Counted from the first letter of the stretch, positions 9,801 to 20,137 are shown. The stretch: 64,000 nt of DNA from an uncultured Chloroflexia bacterium (GCA_963796365.1 CAWCLJ010000003.1:654800-718799), one strand, 5' to 3'. Numbers and translations are program-made. The notes: generated from the letters alone by a model not told the origin.

Positions 9801-10598
9801 ATGAACATAATTGTGTGCGTAAAACAGGTGATAGACCCCGAAGCGCCCCCGGCTGCCTTTAAAATTGACGCTACCGGGACGAGAGCGGAAATGCGCGGCG
9901 TTCCCCCGGTTATCGACCCTTATGGCGAGTATGCTGTGGAATCCGCGTTACGTTTAAAAGAAACTTTAGGCGGTAAAATCACTGTTTTAACCCTTGGTAC
10001 CGGCCTGCTGCGCGAGGTAGTCAAGAAACCTTTGGCTATGGGCGCTGATGAGTTGGTGCTCCTTGAAGATGCCGCTTATGATGGCGGCGATAGCTACGCC
10101 AATGCTAATGCCCTGGCCATGGCCATTAAGAAAAAGGGGGATTTTGACATTGTTCTCTGCGGGCGTGAAGCTTCGGATACCAATTCCGGCCAGACCGGCC
10201 CGGCGATAGCGGAAATACTCGGGATACCGTGTGTCACGCTGGCGCGTAAAATTGAATCGCAGGACGGTAAACTGCGGATAGAACGGGTCAATTCCTTCGG
10301 CTTTGATGTTATTGAAACATCTATCCCGGCCGTTATCACCGTAAGCAATGAAGTCGGTCAGCCGCGCTACCCGACGATAAAAGGCATCATGGCCGCCAAA
10401 AAAATTGAGCCCATTGTCTGGAAACCGGCGGATATCGGCATCGATGCGAACAAGGCAGGCGTTTCCGGACGGCGTGCTAAAGTGCTGAAGCTTTTCCAGC
10501 CTGTTCATGAAAGCAAATGCGAATTTGCGACCGGTGAAACGCCGGAAGAATTAGCCGTCAACCTGGCGGTAAAACTAAGAGAAGCCAAAGTATTGTAA
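9801..10598 (+). CDS. etfB: Electron transfer flavoprotein, beta subunit
   Basis: MNIIVCVKQVIDPE N-terminus typical of EtfB. Immediately followed by etfA. Confidence 0.9.
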   Translation: MNIIVCVKQVIDPEAPPAAFKIDATGTRAEMRGVPPVIDPYGEYAVESALRLKETLGGKITVLTLGTGLLREVVKKPLAMGADELVLLEDAAYDGGDSYANANALAMAIKKKGDFDIVLCGREASDTNSGQTGPAIAEILGIPCVTLARKIESQDGKLRIERVNSFGFDVIETSIPAVITVSNEVGQPRYPTIKGIMAAKKIEPIVWKPADIGIDANKAGVSGRRAKVLKLFQPVHESKCEFATGETPEELAVNLAVKLREAKVL

Positions 10599-10647
10599 TA
10601 TTTAACGATTTTTTAACAATTGTCACTTAAGATTGGGGAGATTTATC

Positions 10648-11646
10648 ATGACTGAATACAAGGGGGTTGCCGTATACTGCGAGCTCAAAGACGGCGCTAT
10701 CGCTCCTATCGCCTTTGAAGGTCTTGGAATCGGCAGAAAACTTGCCGATACCCTGGGTCAAGAATTGTCGGCCATAATTATTGGTAGTGATATCAACACT
10801 TTGGCGCCGCAGGTAATTTCACGGGGTGCCGATAAAGTATATGTTATAAATGATCCCTCATTGAAAGATTATCAGCCGGACCGGTATTTGAATGTTTTAC
10901 AGAAAGTCGCCGGTAAAATAAATCCTCAAATCATTATTATGGGGCAGACCGATAGTGGGCGTGAACTCGCAGCCCGGCTCGCTTTCCGGTTGAATACGGA
11001 AGCAACTCTGGATTGTGTAGATTTAGCTATTGACACGGAAACCAAACGCCTTCTGCAGACAAAACCTGTTTACGGCGGCAACGCCCGGGCCATCATTGTA
11101 ACCGATACCGACCCGCAAATCGTTACCATCCGTACTAAAGCTTTTGCGGCGTCGGCGCCTGATACCGTTAGAAAAGGTGAGGTCATTGATATTCCGGCAG
11201 GTATTGACTTTGCCGCCGTGAAAACCAAAATCATTGACCGGAAAATAGAAGAGGTCTCCGGTGTCAAAGTTGAAGACGCGCGTGTCGTGGTCGCCGGCGG
11301 TCGGGGAATCGGCGGTGCCGAAGGTTTCAAGCAATTGGGAGAACTCGCCGGATTATTAAAAGGGGCTGTGGGCGCCAGCCGGCCTCCCTGTGATAATAAC
11401 TGGATTCCCGATACTGTCCAGGTAGGTCTCACCGGTAAAATCATCGCGCCTGAAGTCTATTTTGCTATCGCTATTTCGGGCTCCAGCCAGCATATGAGCG
11501 GCTGTTCCGGTTCTAAAATTGTCATCGCCATCAATAAAGATAAGGAAGCCAACATCTTCCGCCAGGCCAGGTTCGGGGCTGTAGGAGATTGGAAGAAAGT
11601 CCTCCCTGCTTTTACGCAAAAAGTTAAGGAATTGCTTAATTCATAG
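10648..11646 (+). CDS. etfA: Electron transfer flavoprotein, alpha subunit
   Basis: C-terminal FAD motif GASRPPCDNNWIP...QVGLTGKIIAPEVYFAIAISGSSQH. GGGGAG SD. Confidence 0.9.
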   Translation: MTEYKGVAVYCELKDGAIAPIAFEGLGIGRKLADTLGQELSAIIIGSDINTLAPQVISRGADKVYVINDPSLKDYQPDRYLNVLQKVAGKINPQIIIMGQTDSGRELAARLAFRLNTEATLDCVDLAIDTETKRLLQTKPVYGGNARAIIVTDTDPQIVTIRTKAFAASAPDTVRKGEVIDIPAGIDFAAVKTKIIDRKIEEVSGVKVEDARVVVAGGRGIGGAEGFKQLGELAGLLKGAVGASRPPCDNNWIPDTVQVGLTGKIIAPEVYFAIAISGSSQHMSGCSGSKIVIAINKDKEANIFRQARFGAVGDWKKVLPAFTQKVKELLNS

Positions 11647-11724
11647 GGTAATCGCTTATCGAAACGTTGCAAACGTAAATTAAGAAACGGTAAATACCGC
11701 ATAATTATTTATTCTTTCCTAACT

Positions 11725-11759
11725 TAATACCCCGACCATCGTGGTCGAGGGATGAAGTT
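11725..11759 (+). repeat. Hairpin repeat family R8 (TAAYACCCCGACC-N4-GGTCGRGGGA)
   Basis: Second copy at 11840. Confidence 0.7.
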
Positions 11760-11839
11760 CTCCCGGTAGCTGATGAACTTAGTAGTTCTTTGCCCAAGTA
11801 TTAGTTCAAGCTGCCGGGCAAACGAAGTTTGTAACGAAC

Positions 11840-11870
11840 TAACACCCCGACCTTACGGTCGGGGGAAGTT
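11840..11870 (+). repeat. Hairpin repeat family R8
   Basis: CCCCGACC TTAC GGTCGGGG perfect hairpin. Confidence 0.7.
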
Positions 11871-11877
11871 TATTTCG

Positions 11878-12141
11878 ATGGCCGACCAGAACACATTGAT
11901 AATGTATTTTTCTCCTAACTGGCTTTTCGGGCAGGCTTCATCCATGATGCTTTTCCCGGTCGTTAAGACGATGGGAACACTAACTTCCGATCAAACTCAA
12001 TATATGTTAGCTAATCCGCTCGGTCTCGGGCAAAGTCTGTTGATAGTTTGGCCGTATATCGTCGGGCTTTTCAGCTCGAGCGCGGTATGCTTCGCTATCA
12101 GTTACATCGTGTTCATGAAACAGGAAATCCGCTCCACTTAA
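11878..12141 (+). pseudogene. Probable 3' remnant of an ABC-2-type permease gene
   Basis: Only about 88 codons. Hydrophobic C-terminus ...LLIVWPYIVGLFSSSAVCFAISYIVFMKQEIRST resembles the last TM of ABC-2 permeases. No upstream body and no SD. Preceded by R8 repeats. Confidence 0.3.
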
Positions 12142-12172
12142 AAAGAAAGACGCCCCCTAAAAAGGAGGCGTC
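12141..12172 (-). terminator. Intrinsic terminator after the EF-G paralog
   Basis: GACGCC(CCC)...(GGA)GGCGTC hairpin followed by TTTCTTTT on the minus strand. Confidence 0.6.
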
Positions 12173-12198
12173 AAAATACTTGTTTACTAAAGCCTGGC

Positions 12199-14262
12199 TT
12201 ATTCTTTTTCCTTTTCGGCTTTCTCCGCCTGCCTTTGGGCGACCAGCTTTTGTGTGATGTTCGCCGGGACTTCCTCGTAATGGTCGAATTCCGTGGTGTA
12301 TGCTGCCCGGCCTTGAGTCATTGATTTCAGGTCGATGGTATAACGCTGTATTTCCGCCAGCGGCGCCTGCGCTTCAATTACGTTGGTGTTACCCTGTGGA
12401 TTCATTCCCATTACGCGGGCGCGTTTGGTATTGAGGTCGCTGATGATATCGCCGGTAAGGTCGTTAGGCACTGTTACTTTCAGGTTCATTATCGGTTCCA
12501 GCAGAATCGGACGTCCGTCTAGCATACCTTTCTTGAACGCCTGGGACCCGGCAATTTTGAAACAGATTTCTGAAGAGTCTACTTCATGATAGCTGCCGTC
12601 GTAAAGGGTGGCCCTCACCCCGATTACCGGGTAGCCGGCCAGTCCGCCCTCATTATACGCTTCCACGACGCCTTTTTCCACCGCCGGGTAAAAGTTCCTC
12701 GGGACTTTGCCGCCCACGACTCTTTCAGTGAATTCACATGGCCCGCGGTCCGGTAAAGGTGTTAGTTCCAGAATGACATGGCCGTACTGGCCGTGGCCGC
12801 CGGACTGTTTCTTGTGTTTGTGCTCCGCTTTGGCCACTGGCATTGTTATCGTTTCCCGGTACGCGACTTTAGGTATGGCAAGCTCGACGTTTACGCCGAA
12901 CTTGCGCTGCATTTTCTCCGCCGAAACGGCCAGATGGGTATCGCCCATACCGGAAAGTATCGTCTCACCGGTGCCGAGTTCGCGGTGGACTTTAAGCGTC
13001 GGGTCTTCTTCGGCGAGGCGCGCCAGTCCGGCGCCCATCTTATCGATATCCGTCTTTGTCTTGGGATATACCGCCTCCTCGAAAATAGGGGTGGGGAAGA
13101 CAATGGGTGTCAGCTTTATCTGTTTGTCCTGTGCGCCGAGCGTATCTCCCGTTGCCGTCACGTTCAATTTTGACACTGCCCCGATATCACCCGCACGTAC
13201 CTCGCTAACGGGCTCCTGGGTCTTGCCCCGCATCATATACATCTGTCCGATGCGTTCTGCCGCGCCCTGGGTGGCATTATAGACCTGGGAGTTGCTGGTA
13301 ATAACGCCGTCGAATACCCTGAAATATGTCAGCTTTCCCACATAGGGGTCGGCGGTCGTTTTGAATACCAGCGCCGCCAGCGGGCCGGTTTCTGTAGCAT
13401 CGATTTCTCCGCTCGATGTGGCTATCTTCTGTTCTTTAGGCAGCGGCGCATAATCGTAGACCGTATCCAATATCTTGGTTACCCCGATATTGGCCAAACC
13501 GGAACTTGCTAAAATTGGTACGACTTTCCCGGCTGCAATCCCGAGGCGCAGCGTTTTTATAAGCTCTTCATTGGTGATTTGTTCGCCGCCGAGGTATTTC
13601 TCGATTAATTTATCATCGACTTCCGCAATCGATTCGATTAATTTTTCACGCGCCGCATTGGCCTTATCTTTCATGTCCGCCGGTATATCGCTTTCCTTGG
13701 ATGGGGAACCGGTGAAGGCTTTCATCGAGAGCAGGTCGATGACGCCTTTGAAATTAGTATGGGAACCTATGGCTATTTGCATCGGCACGCATTTTGAACC
13801 GAGTTTCGCTTTGACATCGTCAGCCACTTTGGAGAAGTCTGCGTTCTCGCGGTCCATTTTACTTATGACCACGAACCGCGGTAATTTTGCTTCTTCGCAA
13901 TAATTCCATACCATCTCCGTCCCTACCTGGACTCCGGAAACGGCGTCTATCAAGAGTAACGCGGCATTGCTGACTCGTATCCCTGCTTTCACTTCGCCGA
14001 CAAAATCGGTGTATCCCGGAACATCGAGAATATTTATCTTTCTTTCCCGCCATGTCAGCGGCAGGATGGAAAGGTTGATGCTGATGCGCCGCTTGGCTTC
14101 TTCCGGCTCATAGTCTGACGTCGATGAACCGTCATCCACCTTACCCATGCGGCTTATCGCGCCGGCATCTAAAAGCATCGCCTCGGAGAGGGTAGTCTTG
14201 CCCGCGCCTCCGTGCGATAAAAGAACAATGTTTTGCGTATTCTCCAGTCCGTACTTTGGCAT
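12199..14262 (-). CDS. Elongation factor G family GTPase (paralog outside the str operon)
   Basis: 687 aa. G1 SHGGAGKTTL, G3 DVPGYTDF, G4 reads SKMD instead of NKxD. Five-domain EF-G length. Confidence 0.88.
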   Translation of the reverse strand: MPKYGLENTQNIVLLSHGGAGKTTLSEAMLLDAGAISRMGKVDDGSSTSDYEPEEAKRRISINLSILPLTWRERKINILDVPGYTDFVGEVKAGIRVSNAALLLIDAVSGVQVGTEMVWNYCEEAKLPRFVVISKMDRENADFSKVADDVKAKLGSKCVPMQIAIGSHTNFKGVIDLLSMKAFTGSPSKESDIPADMKDKANAAREKLIESIAEVDDKLIEKYLGGEQITNEELIKTLRLGIAAGKVVPILASSGLANIGVTKILDTVYDYAPLPKEQKIATSSGEIDATETGPLAALVFKTTADPYVGKLTYFRVFDGVITSNSQVYNATQGAAERIGQMYMMRGKTQEPVSEVRAGDIGAVSKLNVTATGDTLGAQDKQIKLTPIVFPTPIFEEAVYPKTKTDIDKMGAGLARLAEEDPTLKVHRELGTGETILSGMGDTHLAVSAEKMQRKFGVNVELAIPKVAYRETITMPVAKAEHKHKKQSGGHGQYGHVILELTPLPDRGPCEFTERVVGGKVPRNFYPAVEKGVVEAYNEGGLAGYPVIGVRATLYDGSYHEVDSSEICFKIAGSQAFKKGMLDGRPILLEPIMNLKVTVPNDLTGDIISDLNTKRARVMGMNPQGNTNVIEAQAPLAEIQRYTIDLKSMTQGRAAYTTEFDHYEEVPANITQKLVAQRQAEKAEKEKE

Positions 14263-14480
14263 AAAAACACCTGCCCTCTATATTTTTTCAAACTATATTA
14301 TACGCGTATTCGGCTGAATACGGCAAGCTAAAACGGATTTAAACTGGTTAAATACCTGTAATGGTCATTTTACAGGATATTTTTAGTCTTGGTCTCTGTA
14401 TGCGGTACTCTTTCTTTTTACCATGAGGAAAAAAATTATTGGAGAGTACAATGGGCGGATTTTTGATTAAGTAAAATGAA

Positions 14481-14530
14481 TTGTCTCCCTCCTTGCCAGC
14501 GGGGAGGGAGACCAAGAGGATGGGGTCGAG
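14481..14530 (+). repeat. Intergenic repeat family R3
   Basis: TTGTCTCCCTCCTTGCCAGCGGGGAGGGAGACCAAGAGGATGGGGTCGAG. Confidence 0.9.
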
Positions 14531-14557
14531 TAAATCTCAAATCTTTTTTTCCTTTAC

Positions 14558-15157
14558 TTATTTAAAGAACTTATCTTTAATCACGAGTTCTGATAATTCT
14601 TTGCGCGGCGGTGCTTTGCCTTCCTGGGACGGTACGCCGACCGGAAGCATTACCGCTATGCGGTATCCCTTGGGCATAGCCAAGACCTTCTCCGCTGCCT
14701 GTGGGTTAAAAGCGCCGATAATTACCGTGCCGAGTCCCTGCGCGTGTGCCGCCAGTGCCATATTCTCTGCCGCCAGCGCGGTATCGAACATGAACCAGTC
14801 GCCTTTATCCGTAATATATTCACCGCCGCCGCCGGAACCGGGTTTCGTCCCTGATTTGCCTGTTTCCGCACAGACGACGATGACGACCGGAACAGTATTC
14901 ATTGCCGCGGCTGCCGGGGTCGGGACTTCTTTCCCGTCCGGCGTCTTCATTTTATTGACCGTCTCTGCCAGTGCGGCTTTTACCTGTGTATCTCTCACCA
15001 CGATAAATCGTGAACATTGCGTATTTGCCCATGACGGTGCCCAACGTCCGGCTTCAAGGATAGCGTTTATTTTGGCATCGTCTACCGGGTCTGGTTTATA
15101 CCTTCTGATACTTCTGCGGTTCTTGATAGCTTCAAAAACATCCATCTTTAACTCCAT
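14558..15157 (-). CDS. Nitroreductase family protein
   Basis: MDVFEAIKNRRSIRRYK N-terminus and ...GRWAPSWANTQ are typical of the family. Confidence 0.85.
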   Translation of the reverse strand: MELKMDVFEAIKNRRSIRRYKPDPVDDAKINAILEAGRWAPSWANTQCSRFIVVRDTQVKAALAETVNKMKTPDGKEVPTPAAAAMNTVPVVIVVCAETGKSGTKPGSGGGGEYITDKGDWFMFDTALAAENMALAAHAQGLGTVIIGAFNPQAAEKVLAMPKGYRIAVMLPVGVPSQEGKAPPRKELSELVIKDKFFK

Positions 15158-15170
15158 ATTTGCTATTTAG

Positions 15171-15810
15171 CTAATTCTGCCATGCGTCTTTACCGATTAG
15201 AGATACAAAACGGCACCCGCCGAGTATTTGAGAATGAATGCCGTCTTCATTTTTTGTGATTTTATACAGGTCTTGAACAAAACGCGAACCTACCGGAATT
15301 ACCATTCTTCCACCGTTGGTAAGCTGCGCTAAAAGGTCGTCCGGTACCGAAGGGGCTCCGGCGGTCACCATGATTGCATCGTAAGGCATATCGTCTGACC
15401 AGCCGAGAGCTTCCTGTGCTTCATGAAACTCTACGTTGGCATAGCCCAGGGTTTCTAGCAGGGAGCATGCGGATTGAAGCAGAAATGGAATCCTTTCCAC
15501 TGTTACAACTTTCGCCGCTAATTCCGCCAGTATGGCTGTCTGGTAGCCGCTGCCGGTGCCTATTTCAAGTACCTTTTCGGTTCCGGTTAGTTCCAGGGCT
15601 TCCGTCATTAACGCAATGATAAAAGGCTGTGAAATTGTCTGCTCGCAACCCGATGGGCAGCGGGCGGTCTTCGTAAGAAAAATCACGGCTTTTTTCCGGT
15701 ACAAACAACTCGCGCGGAATTTTGGCCATTGCATCCAGAACGCGTTTATCTCTAATCTCTCTATCGAGAAGTGCCATAAGTCCGGCCCTGGCTGACTTAA
15801 AATCATTCAT
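15171..15810 (-). pseudogene. pcm: Protein-L-isoaspartate O-methyltransferase, interrupted by one +1 frameshift
   Basis: N-terminal part (ORF 15565..15810) ends ...YEDRPLPIG. It continues in another frame (ORF 15171..15806) as [16 protein letters not shown]...[10 protein letters not shown]. Total length 640 nt = 3n+1. The shift is at the C/G run near 15646-15650. Confidence 0.85.
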
Positions 15811-15827
15811 GTTAGCCCCGGGTGAGT

Positions 15828-16133
15828 TTATTTTAATACAAGCGTCAGGACTATTAGAACGACGACGATTATACCTGTGAAAAGGGCTATTTTTTTGAGT
15901 TCAGCGCCGATATGCGGTAATTGCAATGCCGCGGCGGCCGCTCTTCCCGCGGCTGTTTTTGTATTGATTACCGGTTTTGGTGCGGCGGGCTTAATGGTAT
16001 TAGCTGCCGCGGCCGCCGCTGCCGGAGCCGCAGCTTGCGCTGTTTGCATTGTCTGTGCCGGCGGCGCGGTTTGCGGGCGCGGTCTATTTCTATATTGAGC
16101 ACGTCTACCTTTACCGTGTTTGGATTTTGGCAT
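15828..16133 (-). CDS. Hypothetical small tail-anchored protein (basic N-terminus, Ala/Pro-rich linker, C-terminal TM)
   Basis: AAGGAG SD 7 nt upstream. 101 aa ending in [17 protein letters not shown]. Confidence 0.6.
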   Translation of the reverse strand: MPKSKHGKGRRAQYRNRPRPQTAPPAQTMQTAQAAAPAAAAAAANTIKPAAPKPVINTKTAAGRAAAAALQLPHIGAELKKIALFTGIIVVVLIVLTLVLK

Positions 16134-16151
16134 CCGTTTTCTCCTTAGGAA

Positions 16152-17065
16152 TTATTTCTTTGCCCTGGGGTGAGATTTATCATAGGTACGGCGTACCTGT
16201 TCCGTTGTCAAATGTGTATAGACTTGTGTCGTAGATATGTTAGCATGGCCCAGCAGTTCCTGTACAGACCTCAGGTCGGCGCCTCCGCTAAGCATATGCG
16301 TGGCAAAACTGTGCCGTAACGTATGGGGGCTGATTTGAGAGCTTAAGCCGGCGGCTTTGGCATATTCCTTCAGCTTCTGCCAGAAACCCTGCCGCGTCAG
16401 CCTGTCGCCGCGGGCGTTCAGGAATAATGCGTTATCTTTCTTGCCGTGGGCCAGCTTTGGACGGTCTTCATCGACATATTCTTTGACCGTTTTGGCAATT
16501 TGCTCGTATAGAGGTATAATGCGTTCTTTACGGCCCTTTCCCGATGCAGCGTACGAAGTGATCGCCTTCGAAATTGACATCGCCCATATTTAACGCCACC
16601 AGTTCGCTGATTCTCATGCCGCTGGCGTATAACAGTTCCAGCATGGCGCGGTCGCGCCTGGCTTCTGAGGTAGAAATCTTGGAAGGCTGTTCCAGTAATT
16701 GACGTACCTGGCTGATGGGAATCGGTTTTGGCAAAGCTTTCCCCACGCTGGGTGAGCTCATGTTTTCGGTTGGGTCGTTTTTAATTTCACCTTCGGCGAC
16801 AAGGAAAGCAAAGAACGACCTGGAAGCCGCGACTTTTCTTGCCATAGTCGTGGCAACATAGCCTCTTTCCTTTAAATGAAGCATATAGCCAAGCATATGT
16901 TGCCGGGTAAAGCCTGCCCAGGACGCCCCGGGACGCTGGGGAAGCTTCTTTTTGTGCAAATTCGGTCAGGCCGGTCAGGTCGTTTCTATATGCGGATATC
17001 GTATGTTCGGAATATCCTTTTTCGACAGAAAGATAATGAAGAAAATTCTCGATTGATTTTTGCAT
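16152..17065 (-). pseudogene. XerC/XerD-family tyrosine recombinase, interrupted by two +1 frameshifts
   Basis: Three overlapping ORFs carry, in order: MQKSIENFLHYLSVEKGYSEHTISAYRNDL; ...RDRAMLELLYASGMRISELVAL...VRCIGKG; then KERIIPL...HTLRHSFATHML...LLGHANISTTQVYTH. Length 914 nt = 3n+2. Shifts lie in G/C runs near 16926-16932 and 16534-16542. Confidence 0.85.
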
Positions 17066-17393
17066 ATTGCTCCTCAAGGCTAATTTCTGATTCCGGAAAT
17101 GTAGAATACCGTCAACTATTTTAACATAATATTTTAACATAAAAAAGTATTTGAAAGCCAAATCTTCTCTGGTGCTGCTATCTATATTAAATTACCAGGG
17201 ACTAAATGACGCGGAAATCTTTATTCTTAAAAATAAATAATCCAGCTATTTTGTAGCGGAAATTCTCTGAAAATAATTAATACTATGACCTTTGCTCCAA
17301 CCCGATGTCATGACCATAGAGCTATTGTTCATGGTGACGAAAGGCATATAAGATGAGTTAGCAAAATTAAAAACGCGAAAAAGAGGCTTTGAA

Positions 17394-18911
17394 ATGACAG
17401 TACCCGCTGAAAAAGCCGGCAAATTATTACCTGTAATGCCGCCCGACCCTGAAGCTTTAAGGCTTATCCCGGAGACGATGGCCCGGAAATATAATGTCAT
17501 CCCGGTTGCTAAAAACGGTAATATCCTGCATGTGGCAATGGTTAACCCATCGGATATCCTGGCGCTGGAAGCCTTGGCCAGCTGGAGCCAGATGCGCATT
17601 GAGTCTGAAGCCGCCACCGTTGAAGAAGTGCTTGAAGCCATTGATTTTAACTATAAAGATTATGACCGCATCGAAAAACAAATTTCAAGCATATCGGTAG
17701 AAGAAAACGGCAAAGAGGCCAGGCAGCTGACTATCGATACCCAGACGGAAGCCCCGGTTGCCCAGGCTTTGACTCTTATTATAGAGGAAGCGGTCAAGGC
17801 CAGGGCCTCCGATATCCATTTGCATCCCGGTCAGGAAAAATTGGCGGTCCGCTACCGCATCGATGGTACTTTACATGAAATGTTTTCTCTGCCTATCACC
17901 ACTTTGCCGCAGCTCATATCGAGAATCAAGATTTTGGCCGGTATGAATATCGCCGAGCATCACCGGCCCCAGGACGGCCAGTTCTCGGTGAATACCAAGG
18001 GACGCCAGATTGATATCCGCGTCGCCATTATTGCCACGGTTTGCGGCGAGATGGCGGTCATGAGACTTCTTGATAAATCGCGCGCTACTCTTAGCCTCGC
18101 TGAACTGGGTTTTTTACCGGAAAGCCTTGAGAAATATGAAAACATGCTCAAAGTTCCGTACGGCGTTATTCTCGTAAGCGGCCCGACCGGCGCCGGTAAA
18201 ACTACCACCCTTTATGCCTCCCTTAACTCCCTGGACCAATCGGAACGCAATATTATTACCGTGGAAGACCCCGTCGAGTACCGTTTTTCCAGTATTAACC
18301 AGATACAGGTCAACGCTCGCTCCGGCATTACTTTCGCTAGCGGTTTGAGGTCGATATTAAGACTCGACCCGGATGTTATTCTTATCGGTGAGATACGTGA
18401 TGCTGAAACCGCCGGGATCGCTATCCAATCGGCCTTAACCGGGCACCTGGTGTTGTCTTCTATCCATGCCAATGATGCCATTGGTGTTGTTTTACGTCTT
18501 CTCGACCTCGGTGTCGAGCCTTTCCTGGTTTCCTCGGCTCTTATCGGCGTCGTTGCCCAGCGTATGGTGCGTCGCATCTGTCCCAACTGCGGCCGCCCCA
18601 TACAAGCTTCCCTGGAAGAAAGCCTTATCTACACCCAGGAGACCGGGGAAACAAAAGAAGAGTTTTTCCACGGCGCCGGTTGCAAGTCCTGCGCTAATAG
18701 CGGCTACCGCGGCCGTACCGGTATTTTTGAAATCCTTGTTACCAGCGATGCTATCAAGTCGCTGCTTTCGAAAGGTGCTACCGCCGGTGAATTGCGTTCC
18801 CAGGCCCTTAAAGAAGGTATGACGACTTTGCTTAAAGATGGGATGAACAAGGTGAAATTGAATATGACCACCCCGTCTGAAGTATTAAGGAATGCTTATT
18901 CCGTAGCTTAG
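17394..18911 (+). CDS. pilB: Type IV pilus assembly ATPase (GspE/PilB family)
   Basis: Walker A GPTGAGKTTT, tetracysteine CPNC...CKSC, N-terminal T2SS-E_N-like domain. Confidence 0.92.
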   Translation: MTVPAEKAGKLLPVMPPDPEALRLIPETMARKYNVIPVAKNGNILHVAMVNPSDILALEALASWSQMRIESEAATVEEVLEAIDFNYKDYDRIEKQISSISVEENGKEARQLTIDTQTEAPVAQALTLIIEEAVKARASDIHLHPGQEKLAVRYRIDGTLHEMFSLPITTLPQLISRIKILAGMNIAEHHRPQDGQFSVNTKGRQIDIRVAIIATVCGEMAVMRLLDKSRATLSLAELGFLPESLEKYENMLKVPYGVILVSGPTGAGKTTTLYASLNSLDQSERNIITVEDPVEYRFSSINQIQVNARSGITFASGLRSILRLDPDVILIGEIRDAETAGIAIQSALTGHLVLSSIHANDAIGVVLRLLDLGVEPFLVSSALIGVVAQRMVRRICPNCGRPIQASLEESLIYTQETGETKEEFFHGAGCKSCANSGYRGRTGIFEILVTSDAIKSLLSKGATAGELRSQALKEGMTTLLKDGMNKVKLNMTTPSEVLRNAYSVA

Positions 18912-18927
18912 TCAAACTGGAGATAAA

Positions 18928-20136
18928 ATGCTTTATCAGTATGTTGCCTGCAGTGAATCTGGCGAAATCGTAAAAGGCAAGCTCTCGGCGGTTAAGGAAG
19001 AGTCCGTTTCCGAGACGTTGGCCTATGCCGGTTACCGCCTGATTAATCTGCGTCCTTACGTGCCTTTTATGAGCACTGGTAAATTGACGGCCGGGTTGTT
19101 CCCTGCCAAGCCGCAGGAAGTTATCATGCTTTACCGACAGCTCGCACTATTATTGGAATCCGGTGTCAATATCGCTACCGCTCTGGAGCTTTTGCAGGAG
19201 CAGATTGCCAACCGGACGTTAAAAAAGGTTGTGGTTGAATTAACTGCCGATATCCGCGCCGGCAATCAGCTGTCCGTCGCTATGAGCCGCCACCCGGAAG
19301 TATTTTCAACCATGAGTTGCCGCACCATCAGCATCGGTGAGCAGACCGGCGGCCTGGAAACCATGTTACGGCAGGTGGCGGATTACAATGAAAAAGAAAT
19401 TGTTACGAAAAAAGGCATCAAGGGAGCCTTGACTTACCCGATTATCGCCCTGGTGGTATGTGTTGGCGTTATCGGGGTGATGATGTTCTTCGTGCTGCCT
19501 TCTTTCGCCGGGCTTTACAGTGAGTTAGGCGCCAAATTGCCGGCTCTGACCGTGATGATGCTCAGCCTTTCTAAAATACTTCGCGCCTATTATATGCAGA
19601 TTTTTCTGGTCATACTGGGCATCGTTGGCGCTGCTCTCATTTATTTCCGTACTGAAGACGGCAAATTCAACATGGACAAGCTGATATTGCGAGTCCCCCA
19701 GTTAGGGCGGGTAAAGCATCTAAATGAGCTTGCCCGTTGCTCCCGGAGTATTTCTTTATTATATTCGGCTGGTCTGCCTCTTACGGAAATAATGCCGCTG
19801 GTTGTCCAGGGATGCGGTAACCGTGTCATGGCCAAGGCGTTAAATGATGTCCATGTGGATATGCTGCGCGGCGAAGGTTTATCCAAACCTATGGCGAAGA
19901 ATAAGATTTTTCTGCCGATGATGGTGCAGATGGTAAAAGTGGGCGAGGAAACCGGCAGTCTGGATGCTTCTTTAAAGGCAGTCGCTGACAATTATGAGTC
20001 TGAAGCCCAGGACAAGACCAAGACATTAATTGCTTTAATTCAGCCGATAATGACCATCGTTATCGCCGGTATCGTCGGCGTCATAGCTTTATCGATGGTA
20101 TCCGCGATGTATTCGATGTACGGGCAGTCGTTTTAA
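18928..20136 (+). CDS. pilC: Type IV pilus platform protein (GspF/PilC family)
   Basis: 402 aa, duplicated T2SS-F architecture with 3 TM segments. Directly follows pilB. Confidence 0.9.
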   Translation: MLYQYVACSESGEIVKGKLSAVKEESVSETLAYAGYRLINLRPYVPFMSTGKLTAGLFPAKPQEVIMLYRQLALLLESGVNIATALELLQEQIANRTLKKVVVELTADIRAGNQLSVAMSRHPEVFSTMSCRTISIGEQTGGLETMLRQVADYNEKEIVTKKGIKGALTYPIIALVVCVGVIGVMMFFVLPSFAGLYSELGAKLPALTVMMLSLSKILRAYYMQIFLVILGIVGAALIYFRTEDGKFNMDKLILRVPQLGRVKHLNELARCSRSISLLYSAGLPLTEIMPLVVQGCGNRVMAKALNDVHVDMLRGEGLSKPMAKNKIFLPMMVQMVKVGEETGSLDASLKAVADNYESEAQDKTKTLIALIQPIMTIVIAGIVGVIALSMVSAMYSMYGQSF

Positions 20137-20137
20137 T

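Noticed and set aside
17246-17641. ORF 17246..17641 (minus) upstream of and overlapping pilB
   Set aside because: It is antisense to the well-supported pilB N-terminus. No SD, low-complexity Ser-rich translation.
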